A stretch of 64,000 nucleotides of DNA. Origin: a virus. The stretch spans positions 18,157 to 82,156 of IMG/VR virus record IMGVR_UViG_3300031539_000009; one strand, given 5' to 3'. The notes below the pieces were generated by a model. That model made no database searches. It was not told the origin of the DNA and saw nothing but the letters and a program-made list of their open reading frames with translations. Both the position numbers and the translations under genes were made by a program. Shown in pieces: positions 1-9,250 of the stretch. Every line of letters starts with the position of its first letter. The stretch's first letter is position 1.

Positions 1-243
1 CACCCTTTCCTTGAGCTTTCCGTGCGCTCTGAAAATAATCGTGCGATATGGTTTGCACTGTACTTTTTCGCCGGTCATCGGGTTGAGCGCCACTCGCTGC
101 TTGACCGACTTGATTCTGAAAGTGCCGAACCCCATCACCTTCACCTCACCGCCGTTGTCACAAATTTCGACGATGGCATCAAATACTTTATCCACATCCT
201 GCAAGCTCAACCCGCTTTTTTCTGCCACAGCCGCCCTTGACAT
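1..243 (-). CDS. HU/IHF-family DNA-binding protein (3' end runs off the window)
   Basis: Not in the ORF track. Hand translation from ATG at 243 (GGAGG RBS at about 252-256) gives MSRAAVAEKSGLSLQDVDKVFDAIVEICDNGGEVKVMGFGTFRIKSVKQRVALNPMTGEKVQCKPYRTIIFRAHGKLKERV, which has the HU/IHF GFGTF...R...NPxTGE signature. Confidence 0.9.
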   Translation of the reverse strand, partial: MSRAAVAEKSGLSLQDVDKVFDAIVEICDNGGEVKVMGFGTFRIKSVKQRVALNPMTGEKVQCKPYRTIIFRAHGKLKERV

Positions 244-296
244 TTCTTATACCTCCATATGCTTATTTATTCCCCCTTTCGCCCCATTCCAATGAC

Positions 297-3200
297 TTAA
301 AAAGCCCGCCCGACATGGACCACGGCCTGTACGATATATGACTGTTTGTACTTGTCGCTTTTTTGTTTCTCAACTTGCATTATCACAATATCACCAGTGG
401 TCAACTTATCTTGATTTGGCTCATACAAATCGTTGAAGCAGAGCAACGAACCTACTGCGCCGCCGCCCGGACCCGTCAAGGTCAGAAAAGCCATCATGCC
501 ATTCTTGGCCTCATGCCGCTTGCAATCGGTCACCATTCCATATATCAACGCCTCAGCCCCGTGTGCTGTTTTGGCCAGCCGCTTGAACGGATTTGCCTTG
601 ACCAGTTTTTCACCTTTTTCCTTCCATTCCTCCACCAGCTGATCCCTTTCAGACGGTCCCAAATGTATGGCATCCCTGGCTTCCCTTTCCCCTTCCGACA
701 CCATCAAATCAACAGCAATGCGACTGTAACGCTCCAATGGGTCCTCAAAAAAGTACATCTCATATGGATTCAGGCCTGACCGCTCTGGCTTTCCTTCCGC
801 CGTCGCCGTCGCAATCTTGTTCTCAACATCGTCCAGATCAGCCATGAACTGTACACGCATCGTCTTGGACTTAGCAAACAACGACACCTTCATGGCCACG
901 CACGTCCCGATTCCCTTTTCAATAATGGGCCTGAACTCATCGAACTTATCAATGTCCAGCTTAATCCTCCAATGGACATGCGTCTCATCCTGGACGTTGA
1001 AATTGCTGTACCTCTTTTTCCAACCAATCCGGTCCTTTTCCGCCTGATCCGGCTCTGTGGTGTGGAAGTCACCGACCTGGTTGAAGCGGACATCGATGAT
1101 TTGCCCTCTGATGAACGCATCGCCACCATCCCAAGGCAATTGATCCAATGGGCTGAATTTGATGTGCGGACCGAACTGATCCAACAGGTCATCGTACAAC
1201 TCAACCGGATGCTTGTCCATTGGAAGCGGGCACACATCTATCGACATGCGCACCAGCATCTCTGGTGTGAAATCTTCTTCACTGGCCGACTGGGCCAGCA
1301 CCTTATCAACGCTGTCATATTCGTGTTTGTCGCAGTACTTCAGAAGTGTCTCGACATTCTCCAAAAAAAACTTGACGTTGGGAATCAAACCGGTGAACGC
1401 CCCGGCCTTGACTAACATCTCAACGGACCGCTTGTTCACATATGACTTTCCCACCCGCTTCCTGAAATTGCCGAATGAGGTGAACTCGCCATCCTTGTCC
1501 CGCTCCAACTCAATTTTTTCGATTCCCTTATTGGTCACCCACTTGATCTTATTCAAAGCAAATATGATCCGGCTCTTGCTATCTATCCTGAAGTGTTTGT
1601 TGCTGTGATTAATGTGGGGTTTGATAATCTCCACCCCCAGCCTTTCCGCTTCCTGTATAGTCCTGGCCGCTGTTTCTGAATCAGGCTCATGCTTGAGTAA
1701 AGCCCACATGAATTCCACAGGATAGTACACTTTGAGCCACATCTCCCAATAAGCAATGGCCGCATATGCGACTGCGTGCGATTTGTTAAAGCCATATGAA
1801 CCAAAGAATACAATGGAGTCAAACAGCTTCGCCGCCTTTCCCTTTTCCATCCCGATCTTGGCCGCCCCCTCCATGAATCGGTCCTTTTCCTTGGTTATGA
1901 CTTCCACGCCCGCCTTTTTGGCAATATCCTTCCTGAGTGAGTCAGCCGTTCCAGGCTCATATCCGCCGATCTGCTTAAAAATCTGAATGACCTGCTCCTG
2001 GTACACGATGACGCCATATGTCGGCCCGGTAATGGCATCATATGCTGGGTGTATTTTTTCCCACTTCGCCCCGTTTTTGCGCTCCACATACTTGGTCGCC
2101 AGACCGGACCTTGCTGTGCCCGGCCTGTTCAACGCATTCATGGCGGCCACGTCCTCAAATGAGTCAAATGTAATCGCTTCAGCCAGGTTGAACATCGATG
2201 TCGTGTCATACTGGAATATCCCAGCAAACTGTCTGTCTGTGAACGATTTGAACACCTTGTCATCGTCCATCGGCATCCCTTCCAGATCAATTTCCTTCCC
2301 GTGTCGCCGCTTAATTTCACCCAGACAGTCCCCGACCACGGACAGGTTGCGCAACCCCAAAACATCCAACTTGAGCAACCCAAAATCTGTGCACCCCCAA
2401 AAATCCACTGCTGTACAGGGTGTGACCGCCTTGTCTGTTTTCTGTACCTCCATCGGAACAATGGTGGACAGTTTCCTGGGTCCAATCACAACCCCGGCTG
2501 CGTGGACCCCTTTCTGGCGTGCCTGTCCTTCCAAAGACATCACCAGTGGCAATATTTCAGGGTGTCTGGCGTTAAACTCCTGGCACACCTTAAACTCTTT
2601 GAATGAATCCTGAACGGTCTGGCTGGCCCGCTCATCGCCGGATGACCTCTCAACAATGCTGTTGGTGACCTGCGCCACCTCATTCATGTGTATTTTATGG
2701 ACCCTGGAGACATCCCTCAGACATTGCTTCCCTTTCAATGTTCCCACGGTCCCGATCAATGAAGTGTTTTCCGCCCCATACCTATCAATCAAATAATCAA
2801 TGACTTCTTGGCGCCGAACGTCCTCAAAATCCATATCAATATCAGGCATGTCTATCCGGCCCGGACTCATGAACCTTTCAAACAACAATTCATGCTCCAC
2901 CGGGTCAACCGATGTGATGCCCAACAAGAATGACACCAAACATCCCGCCGCCGAACCACGACCAGGACCAACTACCATTTCCTGTTTCCGCACCCACTTG
3001 TAAAGATCATGGACAATCAGGAAATATCGCTCAAACTTGCTTCCCAAAATTGCCCTCATTTCCATTGACACCCGCTCTGAATATATCCTGATGGCATCCT
3101 CATAGCTGATGTGACGATTCCTGGCCAGTCGCCTGGCACGCTCTGGCACGTTGCGCCACGCCCAGCCATCCTTACACAACTGAAATATGTATTGCTTTTC

Positions 3201-4190
3201 CGTCAATCCGGCTGGCACCTCAACGTCCGGCAGAATACAGGCGAACTTGTCCAGCTTTAAGTCCACATTACAACGCTCAGATAGTTGGACGGAATTGTCC
3301 ATCATCTCGAACATGTCACCCTTTTCTATCCACGGGTGATATCTGCGGACTGCCCCCATCATTTCCTTGGGAGTGCGAAACCAAAAATCATGGGTGTCAA
3401 ATTTGAAACGATTGGGGTCATCTAAGGTCTGTTTGAATTGAAGGCACATCAGGACTTCTTGCTGCAACCAATCATCCGGCCTGAGATAATGAACATCATT
3501 GGTCAGGATGGGCTTGAACCCGAACTGCTTGGCCATTTTCAAGATATACTGATTGGACTCATCCTGGCCATCTATTTCGTTGGGCATCACCTCGCCATAC
3601 ACTCGATCAGGCCCAAAAATATCCAACAACTTTTTCAGGTGCCTGGCCGCTTTCCGGTGATCGCCCTCCAGGAATGGCTTGCTGAGTATTCCGCCAACGC
3701 ACGCCGTCCCGACCATTATGCCCTCTTGATGCTTTTCCAAAACTTCCCAATCAACTCTGGGCCTATTGCGATACAAGCCAGTGAGCCAACCTTCCGATGT
3801 CAGCTGGAATAGATTGCTCAATCCTGTTTCGTTCATGGCCCAAGCGCACAAATGCCATGTCTCGCTGATTCCCAATTCCCTTTCCCTGTCCTTCACCCAC
3901 TTGCGCCGCTGCCCTGAAGGAATGTCTTGCGCCAACGCTTTTTCCTCTTCAGGCAACGCTGTCTTGCGCCGGTCGCCGGTGACATACAGTTCACAACCAT
4001 AAACCGGCTTCACGCCCGCCCCTTTGGCTGCCTTGTGGAACCTGTAAACACCACGCATTGATCCGTGGTCGGTCATCGCCACCCTTTCGTGACCAGCTTC
4101 TTTGGCCCGCTCCATAAGATCGGTGACCCGGCCCACACCGTCTAACAGGCTGAACTCGGTGTGTAGGTGGGCATGGAAGTGATATGGCAT
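297..4190 (-). CDS. dnaE: DNA polymerase III alpha subunit (family C)
   Basis: PHP motifs HLHTEFSLLDG, TDHG and TNDVHY; GPGRGSAAG; catalytic PDIDMDF; HAAGVVI; KLDVLGL; YQEQ; YGFNKSHA; C-terminal OB-like segments. No intein visible. Confidence 0.97.
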   Translation of the reverse strand: MPYHFHAHLHTEFSLLDGVGRVTDLMERAKEAGHERVAMTDHGSMRGVYRFHKAAKGAGVKPVYGCELYVTGDRRKTALPEEEKALAQDIPSGQRRKWVKDRERELGISETWHLCAWAMNETGLSNLFQLTSEGWLTGLYRNRPRVDWEVLEKHQEGIMVGTACVGGILSKPFLEGDHRKAARHLKKLLDIFGPDRVYGEVMPNEIDGQDESNQYILKMAKQFGFKPILTNDVHYLRPDDWLQQEVLMCLQFKQTLDDPNRFKFDTHDFWFRTPKEMMGAVRRYHPWIEKGDMFEMMDNSVQLSERCNVDLKLDKFACILPDVEVPAGLTEKQYIFQLCKDGWAWRNVPERARRLARNRHISYEDAIRIYSERVSMEMRAILGSKFERYFLIVHDLYKWVRKQEMVVGPGRGSAAGCLVSFLLGITSVDPVEHELLFERFMSPGRIDMPDIDMDFEDVRRQEVIDYLIDRYGAENTSLIGTVGTLKGKQCLRDVSRVHKIHMNEVAQVTNSIVERSSGDERASQTVQDSFKEFKVCQEFNARHPEILPLVMSLEGQARQKGVHAAGVVIGPRKLSTIVPMEVQKTDKAVTPCTAVDFWGCTDFGLLKLDVLGLRNLSVVGDCLGEIKRRHGKEIDLEGMPMDDDKVFKSFTDRQFAGIFQYDTTSMFNLAEAITFDSFEDVAAMNALNRPGTARSGLATKYVERKNGAKWEKIHPAYDAITGPTYGVIVYQEQVIQIFKQIGGYEPGTADSLRKDIAKKAGVEVITKEKDRFMEGAAKIGMEKGKAAKLFDSIVFFGSYGFNKSHAVAYAAIAYWEMWLKVYYPVEFMWALLKHEPDSETAARTIQEAERLGVEIIKPHINHSNKHFRIDSKSRIIFALNKIKWVTNKGIEKIELERDKDGEFTSFGNFRKRVGKSYVNKRSVEMLVKAGAFTGLIPNVKFFLENVETLLKYCDKHEYDSVDKVLAQSASEEDFTPEMLVRMSIDVCPLPMDKHPVELYDDLLDQFGPHIKFSPLDQLPWDGGDAFIRGQIIDVRFNQVGDFHTTEPDQAEKDRIGWKKRYSNFNVQDETHVHWRIKLDIDKFDEFRPIIEKGIGTCVAMKVSLFAKSKTMRVQFMADLDDVENKIATATAEGKPERSGLNPYEMYFFEDPLERYSRIAVDLMVSEGEREARDAIHLGPSERDQLVEEWKEKGEKLVKANPFKRLAKTAHGAEALIYGMVTDCKRHEAKNGMMAFLTLTGPGGGAVGSLLCFNDLYEPNQDKLTTGDIVIMQVEKQKSDKYKQSYIVQAVVHVGRAF

Positions 4191-4193
4191 TTT

Positions 4194-4676
4194 TTACCTC
4201 TCATCATTGGGCAATCTCGGAAAGTATTTCAAAACGTCCTTGAACGCTTTCAGACTATGGCCAAACAACTTAACTGATTGCCCCAGTTTCTGGGCTGCTT
4301 GGACGTCAAATGGGGTGAACAACGCATCCCTGATTTCAGTGTCCGTGAACCCATTTTCTGCATGTTTGTTTATATGGAATCCGATGACCTCTTTCAACTC
4401 AGCTGGATACGCACCATGAAGAATGTATATCAAATAGTTGATCCCCTCAGCCGTCCTGGCCAGGCGTGATACCAGCTTCCCCTTGTGCGGACCGAACTTC
4501 AACCTGGCATCCGGCAGACCGCCATCGTGCGGCAGAATAACTGTGTGCTGGTCGTGAAGATCAGCCTCAACCTGCGTTGCTTCCTGTTCCGCTTCCGTCT
4601 CAATCGTGGGCGCAATTCCATCCTGGGAATTCCCGCCCCTTTGAAACATTTCCCTGATTTTGTCTTTTGTGCTCAT
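4194..4676 (-). CDS. hypothetical protein with an FGxHKG (DUF3820-like) motif
   Basis: LKFGPHKGKLVSRL...YLIYI motif. Start moved to MSTKDK. Confidence 0.6.
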   Translation of the reverse strand: MSTKDKIREMFQRGGNSQDGIAPTIETEAEQEATQVEADLHDQHTVILPHDGGLPDARLKFGPHKGKLVSRLARTAEGINYLIYILHGAYPAELKEVIGFHINKHAENGFTDTEIRDALFTPFDVQAAQKLGQSVKLFGHSLKAFKDVLKYFPRLPNDER

Positions 4677-5235
4677 CAATGAACCTCTTGGCAACCTCCA
4701 AAGTCACTGTTGGCCCATACCCGCTGGTGTCAATGCTCAACTTTGGAATTCGATTAACCATGCCACATGTCCGATCTAATTGGGTGGCCACATGCCACCA
4801 ATCTTTTTCATCCTCCAACGGGAATTTTTCATGCTTGCAACGCTTCTTTGAATCCTCATAGCAACAGCCCAAATACAAGTACACGACCGGACCGCCGCCC
4901 TGCAAAAGACTTTCCTGCCAAACATCCATCCACGACTTTATCCGTGGATCATTTTCATCAAATTCACCGTACAACGAACCATAAGCAATCGCTGAGGGCA
5001 AGGACCGATCCAAAATCACATTCCTTCCAACCTGCCCCAGCACCTCTGCCACGAGAACATCCTCAATGTAACTATTCACAGGAATGCCAATTTGGCGCAT
5101 CCCTTCCACAATCTCGTTGAAATTCCGTCCGGCCCGCCGGAATGATCGGAACACAGGCCAACGTGTCCGCCTTTCCAGCTGCTCGCAAAGACTTGTCTTG
5201 CCCGATCCATTGATGCCCTCAGCAATTACTATCAT
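4600..5235 (-). CDS. deoxynucleotide monophosphate kinase (thymidylate-kinase-like P-loop)
   Basis: N-terminal IVIAEGINGSGKTS P-loop and the ILDRSLPS (DR) motif typical of TMK/dNK. Confidence 0.85.
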   Translation of the reverse strand: MIVIAEGINGSGKTSLCEQLERRTRWPVFRSFRRAGRNFNEIVEGMRQIGIPVNSYIEDVLVAEVLGQVGRNVILDRSLPSAIAYGSLYGEFDENDPRIKSWMDVWQESLLQGGGPVVYLYLGCCYEDSKKRCKHEKFPLEDEKDWWHVATQLDRTCGMVNRIPKLSIDTSGYGPTVTLEVAKRFIDEHKRQNQGNVSKGREFPGWNCAHD

Positions 5236-5248
5236 GGCCGCTTCCCCC

Positions 5249-6436
5249 TTATTTCAGGAAGCTGTTGTGGGTGTCCAGGATTGCTTTCAGGCCATCCTGC
5301 AACTCCAACGGTGATATGTTGAGCGGTGGGGTGATCTTGATCTGTCCCTTTGGTCTGAACGTGGCGATGAGCAGACCGAACTCCCTGGCCCGCTCTGCGA
5401 ACTGATAACCATCATATCCAAAGCTGTCGAACCTTGGCAAAATTCCCCAGTGGACTCCCACGCCATCGATGGTCTCAATCCAATCCTGGGCTGTGAAAAA
5501 ATCCTCCATGATTTTGCTTGTGTCTCGAATGTGCTGCAGCCCGCCGTCCTCAAGCCAATCCAATAAAATCAAATTGGCCTCACAAACAAACGGACCGCCG
5601 CCGAATGTGGTGTAATGCGTCCTGGGCGCCAACGTCCCGGAACACTTGGGAGTGGCCAAACAAGCTGACATCGGATAACCCAACGCAATTCCTTTTCCCA
5701 AGGTCAAAACATCAGGTTGAATCCCAAAATATTCCCCGGCTGTGTACGTCCCGGTCCTGCCCATCCCCACCTGGACCTCATCGAATATGAGCAAGATGTC
5801 ATGGGTGTCGCAGAATTCACGGACCTCTTTCAACAGCCCTTCCCGATGCAGACGAACCTCATTGTTGCCCGATATGGGCGACATGAAAATGGCAGCCACG
5901 TCACCAGGCACCAGGTCGCTCAATTCCTTGAAGAATGTGAACCCGGTTGGCATCGGTCCAAATCCTTCTTTGTGATATGGTGAATCCCTGGAATCCGTCG
6001 CCGCCAAAGACCAACCGGTGCGACCTGCAAACTGCCCCTCAATCGAAGCAATTATGCACTTGTCATTCCCTTTGTCGTGCTGATATTTGCGGGCCAGCTT
6101 GATGGCTGTCTCGTTGGCTTCCGTCCCGGAATTAGCAAAAAACACCTTGTCCATTCCCGTGACTCGGCACAACCTTTCTGCGCACTCCCATCTGGTAGGG
6201 TGCGGCAGCATGTCTGCCAGCTGGTGCGGCTTTCCGGCTTCAAGGAAATTGGTCAGCCGATTTATGACCATCTGATTGCCATACCCCAACGATATTGTCC
6301 CGACATCAGCGCACATGTCAATGAATTCATGGCCATCCTCTGTGTATAGTTTGGCCCCTTCCCCGCCACCGATCACCAATGGCAACCGATTTATGGTGGG
6401 CATCAGGTGCCCGTCCATTTGCCTTTCATCCATCAT
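5249..6436 (-). CDS. class-III PLP-dependent aminotransferase (ArgD/OAT-like, divergent)
   Basis: FFANSGTEANETAIKLAR, LLIFDEVQVGMGRTG, PDVLTLGKG (PLP lysine) and TTFGG. The start overlaps the ThyX stop (ATGA). Confidence 0.92.
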   Translation of the reverse strand: MMDERQMDGHLMPTINRLPLVIGGGEGAKLYTEDGHEFIDMCADVGTISLGYGNQMVINRLTNFLEAGKPHQLADMLPHPTRWECAERLCRVTGMDKVFFANSGTEANETAIKLARKYQHDKGNDKCIIASIEGQFAGRTGWSLAATDSRDSPYHKEGFGPMPTGFTFFKELSDLVPGDVAAIFMSPISGNNEVRLHREGLLKEVREFCDTHDILLIFDEVQVGMGRTGTYTAGEYFGIQPDVLTLGKGIALGYPMSACLATPKCSGTLAPRTHYTTFGGGPFVCEANLILLDWLEDGGLQHIRDTSKIMEDFFTAQDWIETIDGVGVHWGILPRFDSFGYDGYQFAERAREFGLLIATFRPKGQIKITPPLNISPLELQDGLKAILDTHNSFLK

Positions 6437-7380
6437 CTCACTTTCACCCCCGTCCAAGGATCACGCCCCCAATATTCACGATATTCACCCACACGCTGCT
6501 TGCCCATGGGGTTGTAATCCCGCTCCACTTCAGCCGGATCAAGACCGGCCACCAATTTGGCGTACATCGGGCAAACTGGCAAAGCATCCTCACCCGTCAC
6601 ACGCCTTTCATTTTCGTGCTCGAATTTGCAGCCGCCGAACTCTTCATTGCAGATGCACGGTGGCGTGGCCATTTCTGAGAATATCGGGTGAACCTTGGTG
6701 GCGCACTCTTTGATCATCCCCCGGATAACCGGCCCCCACAACCCCAGCTGAAGTATCCAACACGACCTTTTGCCCACGATATGGAGCATGCTGTTGACGT
6801 TCATCGTCCAACTGATCCGGTGCTGCGCCCCCAACGGAATCAGGTCACGGGCATCTTCCATAGGCACGCCCGCTTCCACCAGCCTGTTGTACATATCCTG
6901 AATCCTCTTCATGGTGTCGCCATATTCACGATACAGGTCAGGCCTGGTCTTGCCTAACTGGCGGATGGTGTTGGCCTTGCGATACATTCCCTGGTCTGCG
7001 AACGTCCCCATGTTCTGAATCCGCATCGACTGGCTCCAATAGCTGGAACTGACCAAATCAGGAATGAGGTCAACTCCGATGCGGTCATCATGCTTGTGCC
7101 CGACTCGGTGACGGACCGCTTGCTCACGCCAACTGACGCTCACGCCCTCCATCATGAAGTTGAAATAAATGGACTCACTGACCGGAATGTTCTGGGCCAC
7201 GACCTTCCTGAACAATTCCAGCAACCCATCGTCACCCATGGGGTCATCCGGGTCACGCTTCCCGGCCTTCACTTCATCCACCGTCAACAGCGGATTTTCA
7301 GACTTGCTTGCCCACCAGATTATGTACAGTGTCTCCAGCGGGTCATTTGTGTTACTGATCAATCTCACCCTTGGTTCCAT
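6433..7380 (-). CDS. thyX: ThyX-like flavin-dependent thymidylate synthase homologue (divergent)
   Basis: EGVSVSWREQAVRHR...SQSMR and GVPMEDARDLIP...TMN...KRSC. The RHRx7S motif is interrupted by an insertion. Confidence 0.8.
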   Translation of the reverse strand: MEPRVRLISNTNDPLETLYIIWWASKSENPLLTVDEVKAGKRDPDDPMGDDGLLELFRKVVAQNIPVSESIYFNFMMEGVSVSWREQAVRHRVGHKHDDRIGVDLIPDLVSSSYWSQSMRIQNMGTFADQGMYRKANTIRQLGKTRPDLYREYGDTMKRIQDMYNRLVEAGVPMEDARDLIPLGAQHRISWTMNVNSMLHIVGKRSCWILQLGLWGPVIRGMIKECATKVHPIFSEMATPPCICNEEFGGCKFEHENERRVTGEDALPVCPMYAKLVAGLDPAEVERDYNPMGKQRVGEYREYWGRDPWTGVKVR

Positions 7381-7401
7381 TTTGATACCTCCATTTGATT
7401 A

Positions 7402-8295
7402 TTACAGGCCAAGCCTGTTCAAGACTTCGCCCCAGTTTGTGACCGGCTCCAAACAATCGTGCGGTGCTAAATTGTCTGAAATCGGACTCTTGAAATACAA
7501 CACCTTTATTCCGTCCCCGGCCAAGTCCAACGCATGCTTTGGGTCATCCTCGATGAATCCCACGACCTTAGCAGGGTGGATGTTTTCCCAGACTGCCCCG
7601 GACTTGTCCCTGGACCACAGCACCTGATCCGGCTTGATCCCATGTTTGTCCAACCAGAAGTGGGTGTCTGTGGCAATCCTGCGCACTTTCCAATATGGCC
7701 TGGCCGTTATCACCACCAACTTGTTTCCTGCCTCTTTGATGGCTCGGAGTGCTCCAACCGCCCCGTCAATCAGCCCTGTTTCTCTGAATCGCCCCTCTTG
7801 ATAAAATGCCATCACAGCCACTTCCCGATCTGCCTGGGACAACTCTTTGTATCCTTTTCCGGCCCGTCCCAAACAAAACATGTCAAATTGGGCAAAAAAA
7901 TCGGCCACCACTCCATCCAGGTCAGTGACCACAACCGGTGTCGATTCCTTCAACTCCATCAATTCAGCTTGCCAACGCTGATCGACCAGGTTTGACTTCT
8001 CAAAAAATGCCATCAAGAATTGCTTGTGGGTGATCCCTATGGCCTGGGCAATCGCCATGGTGTATTTGAACACGTCTGCGCACTGGTCCAAGGCATTCCC
8101 ATCGATGTCCGGGCACGCCTTCAATTGATGGTGTTTCGGTATCAATTCCCGCTTCAATTCAGTGACCTCTTCAAACAGGCCCAAAAGCAGGTCGGATAGC
8201 AGCCTGTGCCGCTCTGCTTCCGTCATGGAATCCGGGTTGATCCCTAACTTTTTTTGTTGCTCCGCTTGCCTTGCCCAAACTTTACCAAATTCCAT
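7402..8295 (-). CDS. all-alpha NTP pyrophosphatase (dimeric dUTPase/MazG-like) fused to a HAD 5'-nucleotidase-like domain
   Basis: N-terminal GLFEEVTEL...DQCADVFKY...EKSNLVDQRW; C-terminal HAD motifs DLDGVVADF, ITARP, K and IEDDP. Start moved to MEFGK. Confidence 0.8.
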   Translation of the reverse strand: MEFGKVWARQAEQQKKLGINPDSMTEAERHRLLSDLLLGLFEEVTELKRELIPKHHQLKACPDIDGNALDQCADVFKYTMAIAQAIGITHKQFLMAFFEKSNLVDQRWQAELMELKESTPVVVTDLDGVVADFFAQFDMFCLGRAGKGYKELSQADREVAVMAFYQEGRFRETGLIDGAVGALRAIKEAGNKLVVITARPYWKVRRIATDTHFWLDKHGIKPDQVLWSRDKSGAVWENIHPAKVVGFIEDDPKHALDLAGDGIKVLYFKSPISDNLAPHDCLEPVTNWGEVLNRLGL

Positions 8296-9238
8296 CACAC
8301 CACCTTCCGACCTTTTCTGCCACAACGTCTGTTGTTTCCCTTGAGTCCCAAGCAGCATATCTGCCAATGGGAATCACGCCTTCAGGATATTCCAGCCCCT
8401 CATCGCAACCGATGATATGACCCTTGATCCTTCCCTGTTTACTTATTCTCATTCCAATGCCAAGGACATGAATCACATCTTTGGCAACCGCTTCCGACTG
8501 GTCACTGTCGTCAACCCCATGAGGTTGTGGCACTTCAGCCCAAAACGATCTTTGTTGCAAGTTGTAGCTGATCCTGGACACCACTTTCTGCGCTGGTGTG
8601 TAAATGTAATCCGGCCCGGCCCACTTCTGATTCCCATTCCACGTCACCTCATACAAGGCAATATTCCCGTTGCGCAGATCAGGAAAGTCAAGACCGCCGA
8701 TGGCGGCAAAAACGCTGGCGTGAGCCGATGTAAATAACATGTCATAATTGAAATTGCCAGATTTTGTTTTTATGGCATGCTCTGTGTGATCGACTTCCAC
8801 AACCATGTCGGTACACAACCTGACCCCTTCAAGTGCTGCCTTGCTCAATTCTGATGGATTTATAACCATAGACTTGGAATGGTCTTTGCCAGGATCATTC
8901 ATACACTTGGCAGTCCAGCCATCTAATGTCCCCCTGGTCTTGGCATAGTGCATCCGTTGAATCTTCTCAGCACGGTCCCGGACCCGGCCCATCATTTCTG
9001 GATATGGCAATATTTTCCCGGCCCAATATATTCCGCCGTGAATTTCCTTGAAATCAACATTGACTCCGTGATGGCACAAAGTTGCCAGGAAGTGCCTGGA
9101 CCAATGAAAGTATTTCAGCCCGCCTTTGAAAAAATCGCCGGTGTCAGGACCGATGGCCGTGACCTGGTGTCCGAACCTCTTCAAAACCAATGATGCCACC
9201 TGGCCACTCACACCCGTCCCGATTATTACGCAATTCAT
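8282..9238 (-). CDS. FAD/NAD-dependent oxidoreductase (UDP-galactopyranose-mutase/HemY-like fold)
   Basis: Rossmann VIIGTGVSG at the N-terminus and IGRYAAW at the C-terminus. Confidence 0.75.
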   Translation of the reverse strand: MNCVIIGTGVSGQVASLVLKRFGHQVTAIGPDTGDFFKGGLKYFHWSRHFLATLCHHGVNVDFKEIHGGIYWAGKILPYPEMMGRVRDRAEKIQRMHYAKTRGTLDGWTAKCMNDPGKDHSKSMVINPSELSKAALEGVRLCTDMVVEVDHTEHAIKTKSGNFNYDMLFTSAHASVFAAIGGLDFPDLRNGNIALYEVTWNGNQKWAGPDYIYTPAQKVVSRISYNLQQRSFWAEVPQPHGVDDSDQSEAVAKDVIHVLGIGMRISKQGRIKGHIIGCDEGLEYPEGVIPIGRYAAWDSRETTDVVAEKVGRWCDGIW

Positions 9239-9250
9239 GTGTGCTTTCCT

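Noticed and set aside
297-4190. Possible intein or intron in DnaE (also checked TerL, helicases and ThyX)
   Set aside because: Conserved motifs are contiguous and no splice-junction or homing-endonuclease motifs were seen.
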